Of a stretch of DNA of 64,000 nucleotides, positions 45,758-55,663 are shown piece by piece. Source of the DNA: Myxococcota bacterium (GTDB lineage: Bacteria > Myxococcota_A > UBA9160 > UBA6930); assembly GCA_965223705.1 (NCBI GenBank), contig OZ245015.1:608001-672000 (forward strand). Reading direction: 5' to 3'. The number at the start of each line of letters is the position of its first letter. The stretch's first letter is position 1. The notes beneath the pieces are model-generated. The model was given only the letters and a program-made list of their open reading frames with translations, made no database searches and was not told the DNA's origin. Made by a program: the position numbers and the translations under genes.

Positions 45758-48123
45758 GGAGCACGCAGGAACGCGATCGTGGCGCCCTCACCGCCTTCCG
45801 AAGCCGACGCCGATTCGTATCGTTCGACGTAGGGAGAGCTTTGCAGGTAGTCCCGCACCGCGCGTCGCAGCGCACCGGTTCCGAACCCATGAATGATCGT
45901 GAGTTGGTACGCGCGCGCTGCGAGCGCGTTCTCGAGAGCTCTCTCGAGACGCTCTTCGGCTTCGAGAACGCGCTCGCCACGGAGATCGCAGGGCAAAAGC
46001 GTCTCGTCTCGCGGTTCGGGGACCCGCACACGCGGGCGCGCTGTCTCCTCTGATTTCGGGACACCGCGAATTTGTTCCGACGCCAGGGTGAGCTTGGCGC
46101 TTCCGGCCTGTACCTGAACCTTTCCGCGTCGGTCCGGCGCCGAGAGCAGAATGCCCTGCTGCCCGCCCGGGAGGAGCACCCGCGTTCCCGGGCGCGCCGA
46201 CGTCCAATCGATCGGCCCCGCGACGGCTTCGCTCGGGGCGGGGACCGGGCGCGCTTCGCTCTCCGGTGCGGCACTTTCGAGTTCGATCAGCCGTTCGCGG
46301 GCGCGGGCCGCGGCTTGCGCGGTCCCGCCGCGTTGCAACGTGCGAATCACGCCCGCAACTTCTTCATGCGCGCGAGAGAAGGACGCTTGCAGTTCTTCTC
46401 GCATCTCGCCGAACAACTTTTCGCGCTTCGCTTCGAGCTGTTCGAGCTTTCGTCCGTAGGCTTCCCGAGCGCTGTCGCTTTCCTCGCGCAACCGTGCGGC
46501 TTCGGCGCGCTCCGTCTCGAGCGCAGCACGACTCGTTTGTAGCTCGGCGATCATGCGGTCGAGTTGGCGATCTTCGGAGGCCAGGAGCGTACGGGCGCGT
46601 TGTGCGACGTCTTCCGGCATTCCCATCCGCTGCGCGACCGCGAGCGCCGAGGAAGCGCCGGCCATCCCCGTGCGCAAGACGTACGTGGGTTGCAGCGTTT
46701 CCGGATCAAACGCGACGGCGGCGTTCTCGAAACGTTCGTCGACTTCGGCCAGTTCTTTCAGCAAGTTGTAGTGGGTCGTCGTGATGACGCGCGCATCCCG
46801 CGCCGCCAACGCTTCGAGAATCGCTTGGGCGAGCGAGGCTCCCTCGCTCGGATCGGTCCCCACCCCGATCTCATCGAGGAGAATGAAGCTCCGGCGGTCC
46901 GCGCGATCGACGACCGACGCGACGTTCGCCATGTGCGCCGAGAAGGTCGAAAGATGTTCTCGGATGTCCTGCTCGTCGCCGATATCCGCCAGGACCGTGT
47001 CGAACCGGTCGACCCGCGCGCCGGGCTCGGCCGGGACGAAAAGGCCCGCTTGGGCGCACAACACCGCGAGGGCCGCGGCTTTCATGGCGACGGTCTTGCC
47101 TCCCGCGTTCGGTCCCGAGATGACGAGTACGCAGTAGGTTCGACCGAGTCGCAGGTCGTTCGGTACCGCTTCGTCGCCGAGCAGCGGGTGGCGAAGCCCG
47201 GGAAGCTCGACCACACCGCGATCCCCCATCTCCGGAGGTACGCCGCCGATTTGGCGGGAGAACTTCGCGCGCGCGAAAGCGAGATCGAGCTTCGCCAACG
47301 CTTCGAGTCCGACGCGGAGCTCGGGTGCCGCCCGCGCCACGGCGGCCGACAGCTCGGCGATGATGCGCCGCTCCTCGCGATCGGCATCGAGTTCGGCGCG
47401 TTTGTGTCGATTGTTCAGCTCGACGAATTCGCTCGGCTCGACGAAGAGCGTGGCGCCGCTGGCGGACGCGTCGTGCACGATACCGGGCACGGAGGCGCGC
47501 GCGTCGGCTCGCACCGGCAGGACGAACCGGTCGTTGCGGACCGTGTAGAAGCGGTCCGCGAGCGACGATTCGAGTTGCCGATCGCGCAAGGTCCGCTCCA
47601 TGCGCTGCTTGCCCTCGGCGGCGAGTCGTTGCGCGTCGGCCCTCGCCCGCGCGAGAGTTTCGGAAGCTTCGTCGCGAATGGTCCCGTCGGGCCCGATCGC
47701 GTTCGCGATCTCGCGATCGAGGACTCCGAGCGGCACGATGTCTTCGCCGGCACGCACGAGGGTCTCGGCGGAGGCGTCGAGGGTGTCGAGCATTCGTCGC
47801 GTGTCCCCGAGGACGGCACACGCCGTCGCAATGTCGCGCAACTCGCGCGGACTCAGGCCGCCGCCTTTGCAGGCGCGGTCGAGCGACGCCTCGAGTGGGG
47901 AGATTTCCCCGAGCGGGAGGTCGCGGCCGGTCTCGAGCAGGCCGAAGGCCTCGCGAGTTTCGGCGCGGAGCTCTTCGAGCTCTTCCAGATTCTGGGCGAA
48001 AGGCGCCTGAAGCTCGGCGAGCCGATCCCGCGCGGCGGGCGTGCGGACGTGGCCCCGCAGCATCTGCACCAATTCATGCCACTCGAGCCGCAACAGCGTC
48101 TTGGTTTCGACAGCGAACGCCAC
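45754..48123 (-). CDS. mutS2: MutS2 (MutS ATPase + KOW + Smr)
   Basis: HD.SASGATLFVEP, ISGPNAGGKT, DIGDEQ..STFSAH, DEIGVGTDP, TTH, DLRG, IIHGFGTG. Confidence 0.95.
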   Translation of the reverse strand: MAFAVETKTLLRLEWHELVQMLRGHVRTPAARDRLAELQAPFAQNLEELEELRAETREAFGLLETGRDLPLGEISPLEASLDRACKGGGLSPRELRDIATACAVLGDTRRMLDTLDASAETLVRAGEDIVPLGVLDREIANAIGPDGTIRDEASETLARARADAQRLAAEGKQRMERTLRDRQLESSLADRFYTVRNDRFVLPVRADARASVPGIVHDASASGATLFVEPSEFVELNNRHKRAELDADREERRIIAELSAAVARAAPELRVGLEALAKLDLAFARAKFSRQIGGVPPEMGDRGVVELPGLRHPLLGDEAVPNDLRLGRTYCVLVISGPNAGGKTVAMKAAALAVLCAQAGLFVPAEPGARVDRFDTVLADIGDEQDIREHLSTFSAHMANVASVVDRADRRSFILLDEIGVGTDPSEGASLAQAILEALAARDARVITTTHYNLLKELAEVDERFENAAVAFDPETLQPTYVLRTGMAGASSALAVAQRMGMPEDVAQRARTLLASEDRQLDRMIAELQTSRAALETERAEAARLREESDSAREAYGRKLEQLEAKREKLFGEMREELQASFSRAHEEVAGVIRTLQRGGTAQAAARARERLIELESAAPESEARPVPAPSEAVAGPIDWTSARPGTRVLLPGGQQGILLSAPDRRGKVQVQAGSAKLTLASEQIRGVPKSEETARPRVRVPEPRDETLLPCDLRGERVLEAEERLERALENALAARAYQLTIIHGFGTGALRRAVRDYLQSSPYVERYESASASEGGEGATIAFLRAP

Positions 48124-48179
48124 CGCCGGGATTCTAGGGGTCTCTCACCCGAAGGTGCCCGTCTGCCGATGTTCCCGGC

Positions 48180-49016
48180 GTGGCGGACCAACTGCTCACA
48201 GAAGCCGTGCTCGAGAGCGCGCGCGACCTCGATCAACGAAGTACCCGGGACGTATTGCGGGCCGTTCACGATCAGGACGCGGTGGCTTTGCGCGCGGTTG
48301 AGGGCGTTTTGCCCCATGTCGAAGAGGCCGTCGACGCTCTGGTCCTGACCCTCCAAGGGGGCGGCCGGTGGTTCAACATCGGTGCGGGGACGAGCGGTCG
48401 ACTCGGCGTGGCCGACGCCGCCGAGGTGCCGCCCACGTTCGGCTATCCGCGGGATCGGGTCGTCGGTCTGATCGCCGGTGGCCCGGCGGCCCTGTCGGGT
48501 GCGGTCGAGGGGGCCGAAGACGACGGCGAGGCGGCGCGGCGCGATTTGAGCACACGAAACCTATTGCCCGGAGACGCCGTGGTCGCCCTTTCGGCCAGCG
48601 GGCGAACGCCCTATGCCGTCGCAGCGCTGGATGAAGCCGAGAGCATTGGCGCTCGGCGAATCGCGATCTGTTGCGATCCGAATTCGCCGCTCGCGAGAGC
48701 CGCCGAGATTGCGATTGCGCCCGTCGTCGGTCCCGAGATCATCGCCGGTTCGACGCGAATGAAAGGCGGTCTCGCACAGAAGATGGTGCTGCACTTGTTG
48801 TCGACGACGGTGATGGTTCGGCTCGGGCGCGTCGAAGGGAACCTCATGACGAACCTGCACCCGGCGTCGCGCAAGCTCCGCCGGCGGGCCGTGGAGATTG
48901 TCATGTCCTTGGCGAGCGTGGACCGCGCGCGTGCAGAGGCACTCCTCGACGAGGCCCACGGCAGTGTCCACGATGCGCTGGCGCTTGCGCGCCGGGAACC
49001 CGACTCGGGCCGCTAG
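48180..49016 (+). CDS. murQ: N-acetylmuramic acid 6-phosphate etherase
   Basis: GAGTSGRLG..DA.EVPPTFG, AVEGAED, SASGRTPY, GPE..AGSTRMK, GNLM. Confidence 0.95.
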   Translation: MADQLLTEAVLESARDLDQRSTRDVLRAVHDQDAVALRAVEGVLPHVEEAVDALVLTLQGGGRWFNIGAGTSGRLGVADAAEVPPTFGYPRDRVVGLIAGGPAALSGAVEGAEDDGEAARRDLSTRNLLPGDAVVALSASGRTPYAVAALDEAESIGARRIAICCDPNSPLARAAEIAIAPVVGPEIIAGSTRMKGGLAQKMVLHLLSTTVMVRLGRVEGNLMTNLHPASRKLRRRAVEIVMSLASVDRARAEALLDEAHGSVHDALALARREPDSGR

Positions 49017-49363
49017 CGGACGGCGGTTTCCAGCTCGCGGATTCGCCTCGACAAACGCGTCAGCTTGCGGTCGATCTTGGCGAGATCGCTCGCGGTGGCG
49101 ATGTCGAGGTTGCCGAGGAGAGCCGCAATCGAGTCGGTGAGCTTCTCGCCGACGTCCTGGCGGAGGGCCACCGCGGTTTCTGTAAGACGCCGCAGCTCGG
49201 CCTGCGCAGTTTCTGTGAGCTCTTGGCGCCGTCGGTCGGCTTCTTCGCGGACGCGTTGGATTTCGGCTTCCACGCCCTCGCGAACCCGACCGAGTTCGCC
49301 CTCGATGTTTTGGAAAGCCTCGCGACCGAGGCGGAGACCGTTTTCGAGAGTAGATTGGATCAT
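49013..49363 (-). CDS. Phasin/PHA-granule-associated-like coiled-coil protein
   Basis: Amphipathic helices ending L..LDIAT..D...I..KL..L. Confidence 0.65.
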   Translation of the reverse strand: MIQSTLENGLRLGREAFQNIEGELGRVREGVEAEIQRVREEADRRRQELTETAQAELRRLTETAVALRQDVGEKLTDSIAALLGNLDIATASDLAKIDRKLTRLSRRIRELETAVR

Positions 49364-49369
49364 GAGATC

Positions 49370-49397
49370 AATCTAACGCGTTGCGTCAATATGTCAA
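49370..49397 (-). promoter_or_regulatory. Sigma70 promoter with a spacer palindrome
   Basis: TTGACA-16-TAGATT, 6 nt before ATG; spacer contains TGACGC-AAC-GCGTTA; AT-rich upstream tract. Confidence 0.7.
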
Positions 49398-49454
49398 GTG
49401 ATCTTTAAAAATGTTATATAAAACAGTATCTTGGAATATGTCTCGTTGCATCAT

Positions 49455-50456
49455 TCACCAGCGGACGACCGCGCTCGCCCAGCTGAAGCCGGCGCCGAAG
49501 GCCGTCATGGAAATGAGGTCGCCGGGCTTGAGCTGCTCGTCCGCCCGGGCCTCGGCGAGGAGGATCGGGAGCGACGCCGCCGAGCAGTTCCCGTACTGCT
49601 GAACGTTGTTCCGAATCTTTTCGACCGGAATCTCCATGGATTCCGCGACGTACTCGTTGATTCGAAGGTTCGCCTGATGGAACAGGAAGAGATCGACGTC
49701 TTCTTGTTTGAGACTCGCTGCGTGAAGGGTTTCGAGGAGCACTTCCGGCATACGGCGGACCGCGTGTTTGAAGACCATCCGCCCGAGCATCTTCGGGTAG
49801 TGGCGTTTCTCGGCCATCAGCTCGTCGCTGATGCGCGGATTGAGGGCGCACCCCGGCGCTTCGGTCCAGAGCTTTTCCGCGAACTCGCCCTGGGCGTGCA
49901 GCCGGACTTCGAGGATCGCGCCACTATCCGCGGGGTCATCGTTCGCCTCGACGACGCACGCACCGGCACCGTCGCCGAACAGCACTGAAACGTCTCGTCC
50001 TTCGGGCGACATGTCGAGCCCGCGCGATTGCAGCTCGCAACCGACCACGAGAATTCTCCGGTATTGGCCGGCCTCGATGAAACTCTTCGCAACGGACATC
50101 GAGTACAAGAAGCCGCTGCACTGCGCGCGCAGGTCGAAGCAGGGGGTGTCGTCGAGCTCGAGTTGACGCTGTAGGAAAAAGGAGGTTCCGGGGAACTCGG
50201 CATGGGGCGACAGCGTCGCGAGCACGATGCAGTCGATATCCGAGGCTTCGAGCTCGGCGTCGAGAAGCGCCGCACGGCTCGCGCGTTCCGCGAGATCCGC
50301 CGGCGTCTCGTCCGTGACGTAACGGCGCGCTTCGATCCCCGAGCGTTGGATGATCCACTCCTCGGAGCACTCGAACTGATCGAGAATTTCCGCGTTCGGT
50401 ACCACGCGCTCCGGCACGTACATGCCGGTTCCACTGATTTTGGCTCGGGTCGTCAT
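49455..50456 (-). CDS. fabH: 3-oxoacyl-ACP synthase III family
   Basis: AQCSGF, LFGDGAGA, FHQAN.RI, YGNCSAAS, AFGAGFSW (Cys-His-Asn triad). Confidence 0.92.
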   Translation of the reverse strand: MTTRAKISGTGMYVPERVVPNAEILDQFECSEEWIIQRSGIEARRYVTDETPADLAERASRAALLDAELEASDIDCIVLATLSPHAEFPGTSFFLQRQLELDDTPCFDLRAQCSGFLYSMSVAKSFIEAGQYRRILVVGCELQSRGLDMSPEGRDVSVLFGDGAGACVVEANDDPADSGAILEVRLHAQGEFAEKLWTEAPGCALNPRISDELMAEKRHYPKMLGRMVFKHAVRRMPEVLLETLHAASLKQEDVDLFLFHQANLRINEYVAESMEIPVEKIRNNVQQYGNCSAASLPILLAEARADEQLKPGDLISMTAFGAGFSWASAVVRW

Positions 50457-52144
50457 TTACCTCTTCCGCCTCTTGCTTCCGCGAGCTCTTGGGAGAAAGA
50501 GAGTCGCTCGTTTTCGGGGTGATCACTGCGCCACAAATGTTCTTCCGCGCGCATCAAAAGTTCTCGAAAGCCCGTCCCGTTCGTCGCCGAAATCGCGATG
50601 CCGCCCGTCCGGTCCGCAAGCGCTTTCGCCTCGGCCTCGGGCATGAGATCGGTCTTGTTCCAAACCAGCAGCTCCGGAGTATCGCGGAGCCCGATGTCGT
50701 CAAGGATCTCATGAACGGCGTCCATGTGCCGCTCCGCGTCGGGGCTACTCGCATCGACGACGTGTAGAAACAGGTCGGCTTCGGAGAGTTCTTCCAGCGT
50801 CGCGCGGAAGGCCGCGACGAGGTCGGGCGGCAGATCTCGGATAAAGCCCACGGTGTCTGTGATGATGACCTCGCGATCCCGGGGGAAGCGCAGTCGCCGA
50901 GACGCGGTGTCGAGCGTGGCGAACATCTTGTCTTCGACGAGGACATCGGTCTTGGTGAGCGCCCGGAGGAGGGTGCTCTTGCCGGCGTTGGTATAGCCGA
51001 CGATCGAAAGCACCGGGACGTTGCGCTGCTGACGCCTCGAGCGGCGCCCCGCGCGTTGTCTCGAGAAGCCCTTGATCTCCCGTTCGAGCCGATTGATCCG
51101 CTCTCGCACGCGCCGGCGGTCAACTTCGAGCTTCGTTTCGCCGGGGCCGCGTCCACCGATCCCGCCGGCGAGCCTCGACAGCGACGTGTCTCGCTGCGCC
51201 AGGCGCGGCAGCACGTAGCGCAGCTGCGCGAGCTCGACTTGGACCTTGCCGTCTCGGCTCGTCGCGTGTTGCGCGAAGATGTCGAGGATCAGCTGCGTGC
51301 GATCGATGACGCGGAGCTCGAGCCGTTCCGCGAGGTTGCGTGCTTGGGTGGGCGTCAGGTTGTCGTCGAAGATCACGAGATCGACGCCCGTTTGGAAGCA
51401 GCGGATCACGAGGTCTTGCAGCTTCCCTCCGCCGACGACGGTTCGGGGATCGACGCGGGAGCGGTTTTGCTGCACGACGTCGACGACCGAGACACCGGCG
51501 GACTTCGCCAACTCGCGGAGTTCTTCGACCGAAGCCTCGAATTCGGCGCGCCCGCGTCCTGCCGTTACGCAGACCAGAATCGCGCGTTCGCCTTCCTCGA
51601 CGGTGCGCACGCCCGTGCTGCGCGCGAGTTCCTCTTCGAGGGCGCGTACCCACTCGCGAAAGTCGAGGTCGAGGGCGGAAGGAGGTCGCGGCTCCCACTC
51701 TTCGACTTGCTGCCCTTCGTCGTTGGCCGGAAGCAACGTGGCGACGTGGGCGTCCCCGGGAAGCCCGTCTTCCGTCGCCTCGATCGCGACCATCGCGTCG
51801 AGGCGAAGCAGCGCCAAGTCCGTCACGTCGTCCCGGTCGAGTCCGCCGGGCACCAGATGGGTGTGCAGGCAGCGGAGACCGCGCAGGCGACCACGACCGG
51901 CGCGCAATCGACCCCAGTCGGGCATTTCGATCTCGCGCTGATCGCCGACCATCACGTGGGTCACATTGCCCCGCCGGTCGACCAAGACACCGAGCTGGCG
52001 GCGGATTTCCCGCGACAGTTCCGTGAGTTGGCGCGCGAACTCCTGCGTGACGAGCCGGTCCGCCGGTAGACGGCGGCGGCCCATTCGCTCGATCGCTTTT
52101 AGCTGGCTGGCTTTTAAGCCCTGGGTATTGCCGTGGACGCGTAT
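50453..52144 (-). CDS. hflX: GTPase HflX, long form; inferred ATA start
   Basis: GNTQGLK N-terminus, HTH, GPGETKLE.DRR, VGYTNAGKST, FATLD, DTVGF, NKTD. Confidence 0.93.
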   Translation of the reverse strand: MRVHGNTQGLKASQLKAIERMGRRRLPADRLVTQEFARQLTELSREIRRQLGVLVDRRGNVTHVMVGDQREIEMPDWGRLRAGRGRLRGLRCLHTHLVPGGLDRDDVTDLALLRLDAMVAIEATEDGLPGDAHVATLLPANDEGQQVEEWEPRPPSALDLDFREWVRALEEELARSTGVRTVEEGERAILVCVTAGRGRAEFEASVEELRELAKSAGVSVVDVVQQNRSRVDPRTVVGGGKLQDLVIRCFQTGVDLVIFDDNLTPTQARNLAERLELRVIDRTQLILDIFAQHATSRDGKVQVELAQLRYVLPRLAQRDTSLSRLAGGIGGRGPGETKLEVDRRRVRERINRLEREIKGFSRQRAGRRSRRQQRNVPVLSIVGYTNAGKSTLLRALTKTDVLVEDKMFATLDTASRRLRFPRDREVIITDTVGFIRDLPPDLVAAFRATLEELSEADLFLHVVDASSPDAERHMDAVHEILDDIGLRDTPELLVWNKTDLMPEAEAKALADRTGGIAISATNGTGFRELLMRAEEHLWRSDHPENERLSFSQELAEARGGRGK

Positions 52145-52400
52145 GGGTCGATTCTCCCCGCGACGGAATCTACGAGACGGAGCTCCGCGGCGCCAAAAAC
52201 TCTGACGATTTGAGGTATTTAACACCCACAACAGGTGCCGACCAACGCGGGATCCCCCTTGGGGCTTACCTGTCTCTCGCCGTCTAGTTGGATAGCTTCT
52301 CCGCCCCGGTCCGCGGCAAACTCCGAGCAAGTCGCGGGTCCTGTCGGACGAAACGAGAGAGGACCATGTACACGAACTACGCGCACACCGGGCCGTACGG

Positions 52401-53732
52401 ATGCTGACGGAGGGCTCCCCTCTCGCCGTGGCGATCCTCGCCGCGGGTCAAGGCACCCGGATGAAGTCGCGTTTGGCGAAGGTGCTCCACCCGGTCGCGG
52501 GCCGTCCGATGCTCGACTACCCGCTGCGCCTCGCAGAGGAGCTCGCCCCGGAGCGGCTTGTCGTGGTGATCGGGCGCGACGCCGAGCGCGTCGAAGCGGC
52601 GTTCGAAGGCCGCGCGGATTTCGTCATCCAGACCGAGCGCCGGGGTACTGGACACGCGGTCAAGCAAACGCATGCGTACCTGAAAGAGTTTCGAGGTGAC
52701 GTCGCCGTCTTGTACGGCGACACCCCGCTCCTCACAGCGGACACCCTGCGCGCGATGCAGCGGATGAAGGCTGAGACCGGGGCCGCTCTCGTCATGCTCT
52801 CGACGCGCGTGCCTCTCCCCGGAATCGTCGTCCGTGACGCGGCGGGTGCCGTGCGTCGCATTGTCGAGCGTCCCGACGCATCGCCCGAGGAACTCGAGCT
52901 CACGGAGTTCAACACCGGCGTCTATTTGATCGACTCGCAATTCTTGTGGGCGGGCCTGGAAGAACTCCGCGACGACAACGCCCAGGGCGAGTTCTACCTG
53001 ACGGATCTCGTCGGCGTCGCGGTTTCCCGAGGGATTCCCGTGGCGGCGCTCACCCTCGAGGACGACGACGAAGCGCTCGGGGTAAACGATCGCGCGGATC
53101 TCGCACGGGCCGGTCGTGTCGCACGCCGCCGTCACGCCGAGGCGCTCATGGCAGCGGGCGTCAGCATCGTCGATCCGGACAACACGTACATCGACACGAA
53201 CGTCGAGATCGGGGCCGATTCGCAAATCGACCCCGGCTGCGTCATCAGCGGCCCGACCCGGATCGGCGTCGGCGTTCACTTGAAGGCCCACTGCGTCGTC
53301 GAGGAAAGCGTGATCGAGGACGACGCGGTCGTCGGGCCTTCGGCCCACGTGCGCCCGAACACCCGGCTCGGCCCGGGGGTGCGCATCGGCAACTACGTCG
53401 AAGTGAAAAACAGCAACCTCGGCGCCGGCGTGAAAGCCGATCATTTGAGCTACATCGGCGATGCCGACGTGGGCGAGGGAGCGAGCTTTGGTTGCGGTGC
53501 CATCGTCGTCAACTACGACGGTGTCGAGAAACATCGAACCACCGTGGGCGAGGGCGCTTTCATCGGCTGTAACGTGAACCTCGTCGCGCCGATCACCGTC
53601 GAACCGGAGAGCTTCGTCGCGGCGGGCTCGACCATTACGAAGTCCGTCCCACACGACGCGCTCGCCGTGGCGCGGGAACGCCAACGCAACGTCAAAGGCT
53701 GGGTCAGCCGACGCCGGGAAAAGAAGGAATAA
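52401..53732 (+). CDS. glmU: Bifunctional UDP-GlcNAc pyrophosphorylase/glucosamine-1-P acetyltransferase
   Basis: LAAGQGTRMKS, GTGHAV, GDTPL, NAQGEFYLTD, hexapeptide repeats, HLSYIGDA, NYDG. Confidence 0.95.
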   Translation: MLTEGSPLAVAILAAGQGTRMKSRLAKVLHPVAGRPMLDYPLRLAEELAPERLVVVIGRDAERVEAAFEGRADFVIQTERRGTGHAVKQTHAYLKEFRGDVAVLYGDTPLLTADTLRAMQRMKAETGAALVMLSTRVPLPGIVVRDAAGAVRRIVERPDASPEELELTEFNTGVYLIDSQFLWAGLEELRDDNAQGEFYLTDLVGVAVSRGIPVAALTLEDDDEALGVNDRADLARAGRVARRRHAEALMAAGVSIVDPDNTYIDTNVEIGADSQIDPGCVISGPTRIGVGVHLKAHCVVEESVIEDDAVVGPSAHVRPNTRLGPGVRIGNYVEVKNSNLGAGVKADHLSYIGDADVGEGASFGCGAIVVNYDGVEKHRTTVGEGAFIGCNVNLVAPITVEPESFVAAGSTITKSVPHDALAVARERQRNVKGWVSRRREKKE

Positions 53733-53736
53733 CAGC

Positions 53737-55572
<1,836 letters not shown>

Positions 55573-55663
55573 GCGCGAGGCGTGGTTAGTGGCACCGTCG
55601 AGTAGCTCGAAACCCGCGGTTCGAATATGATCGCTCCACCCCGGTCCTCCACCGAGGTGGCCA

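Noticed and set aside
46564..48348. Long antisense ORFs (also 18223-19788, 35149-36747, 54202-55455, 56261-57976)
   Set aside because: They shadow well-supported genes, have no motifs, and are expected in GC-rich DNA.
52200..52400. glmS ribozyme, c-di-GMP riboswitch or hammerhead upstream of glmU-glmS
   Set aside because: Only isolated fragments (GGCAAAC, CGAAAC) are present; the remaining conserved cores are missing.
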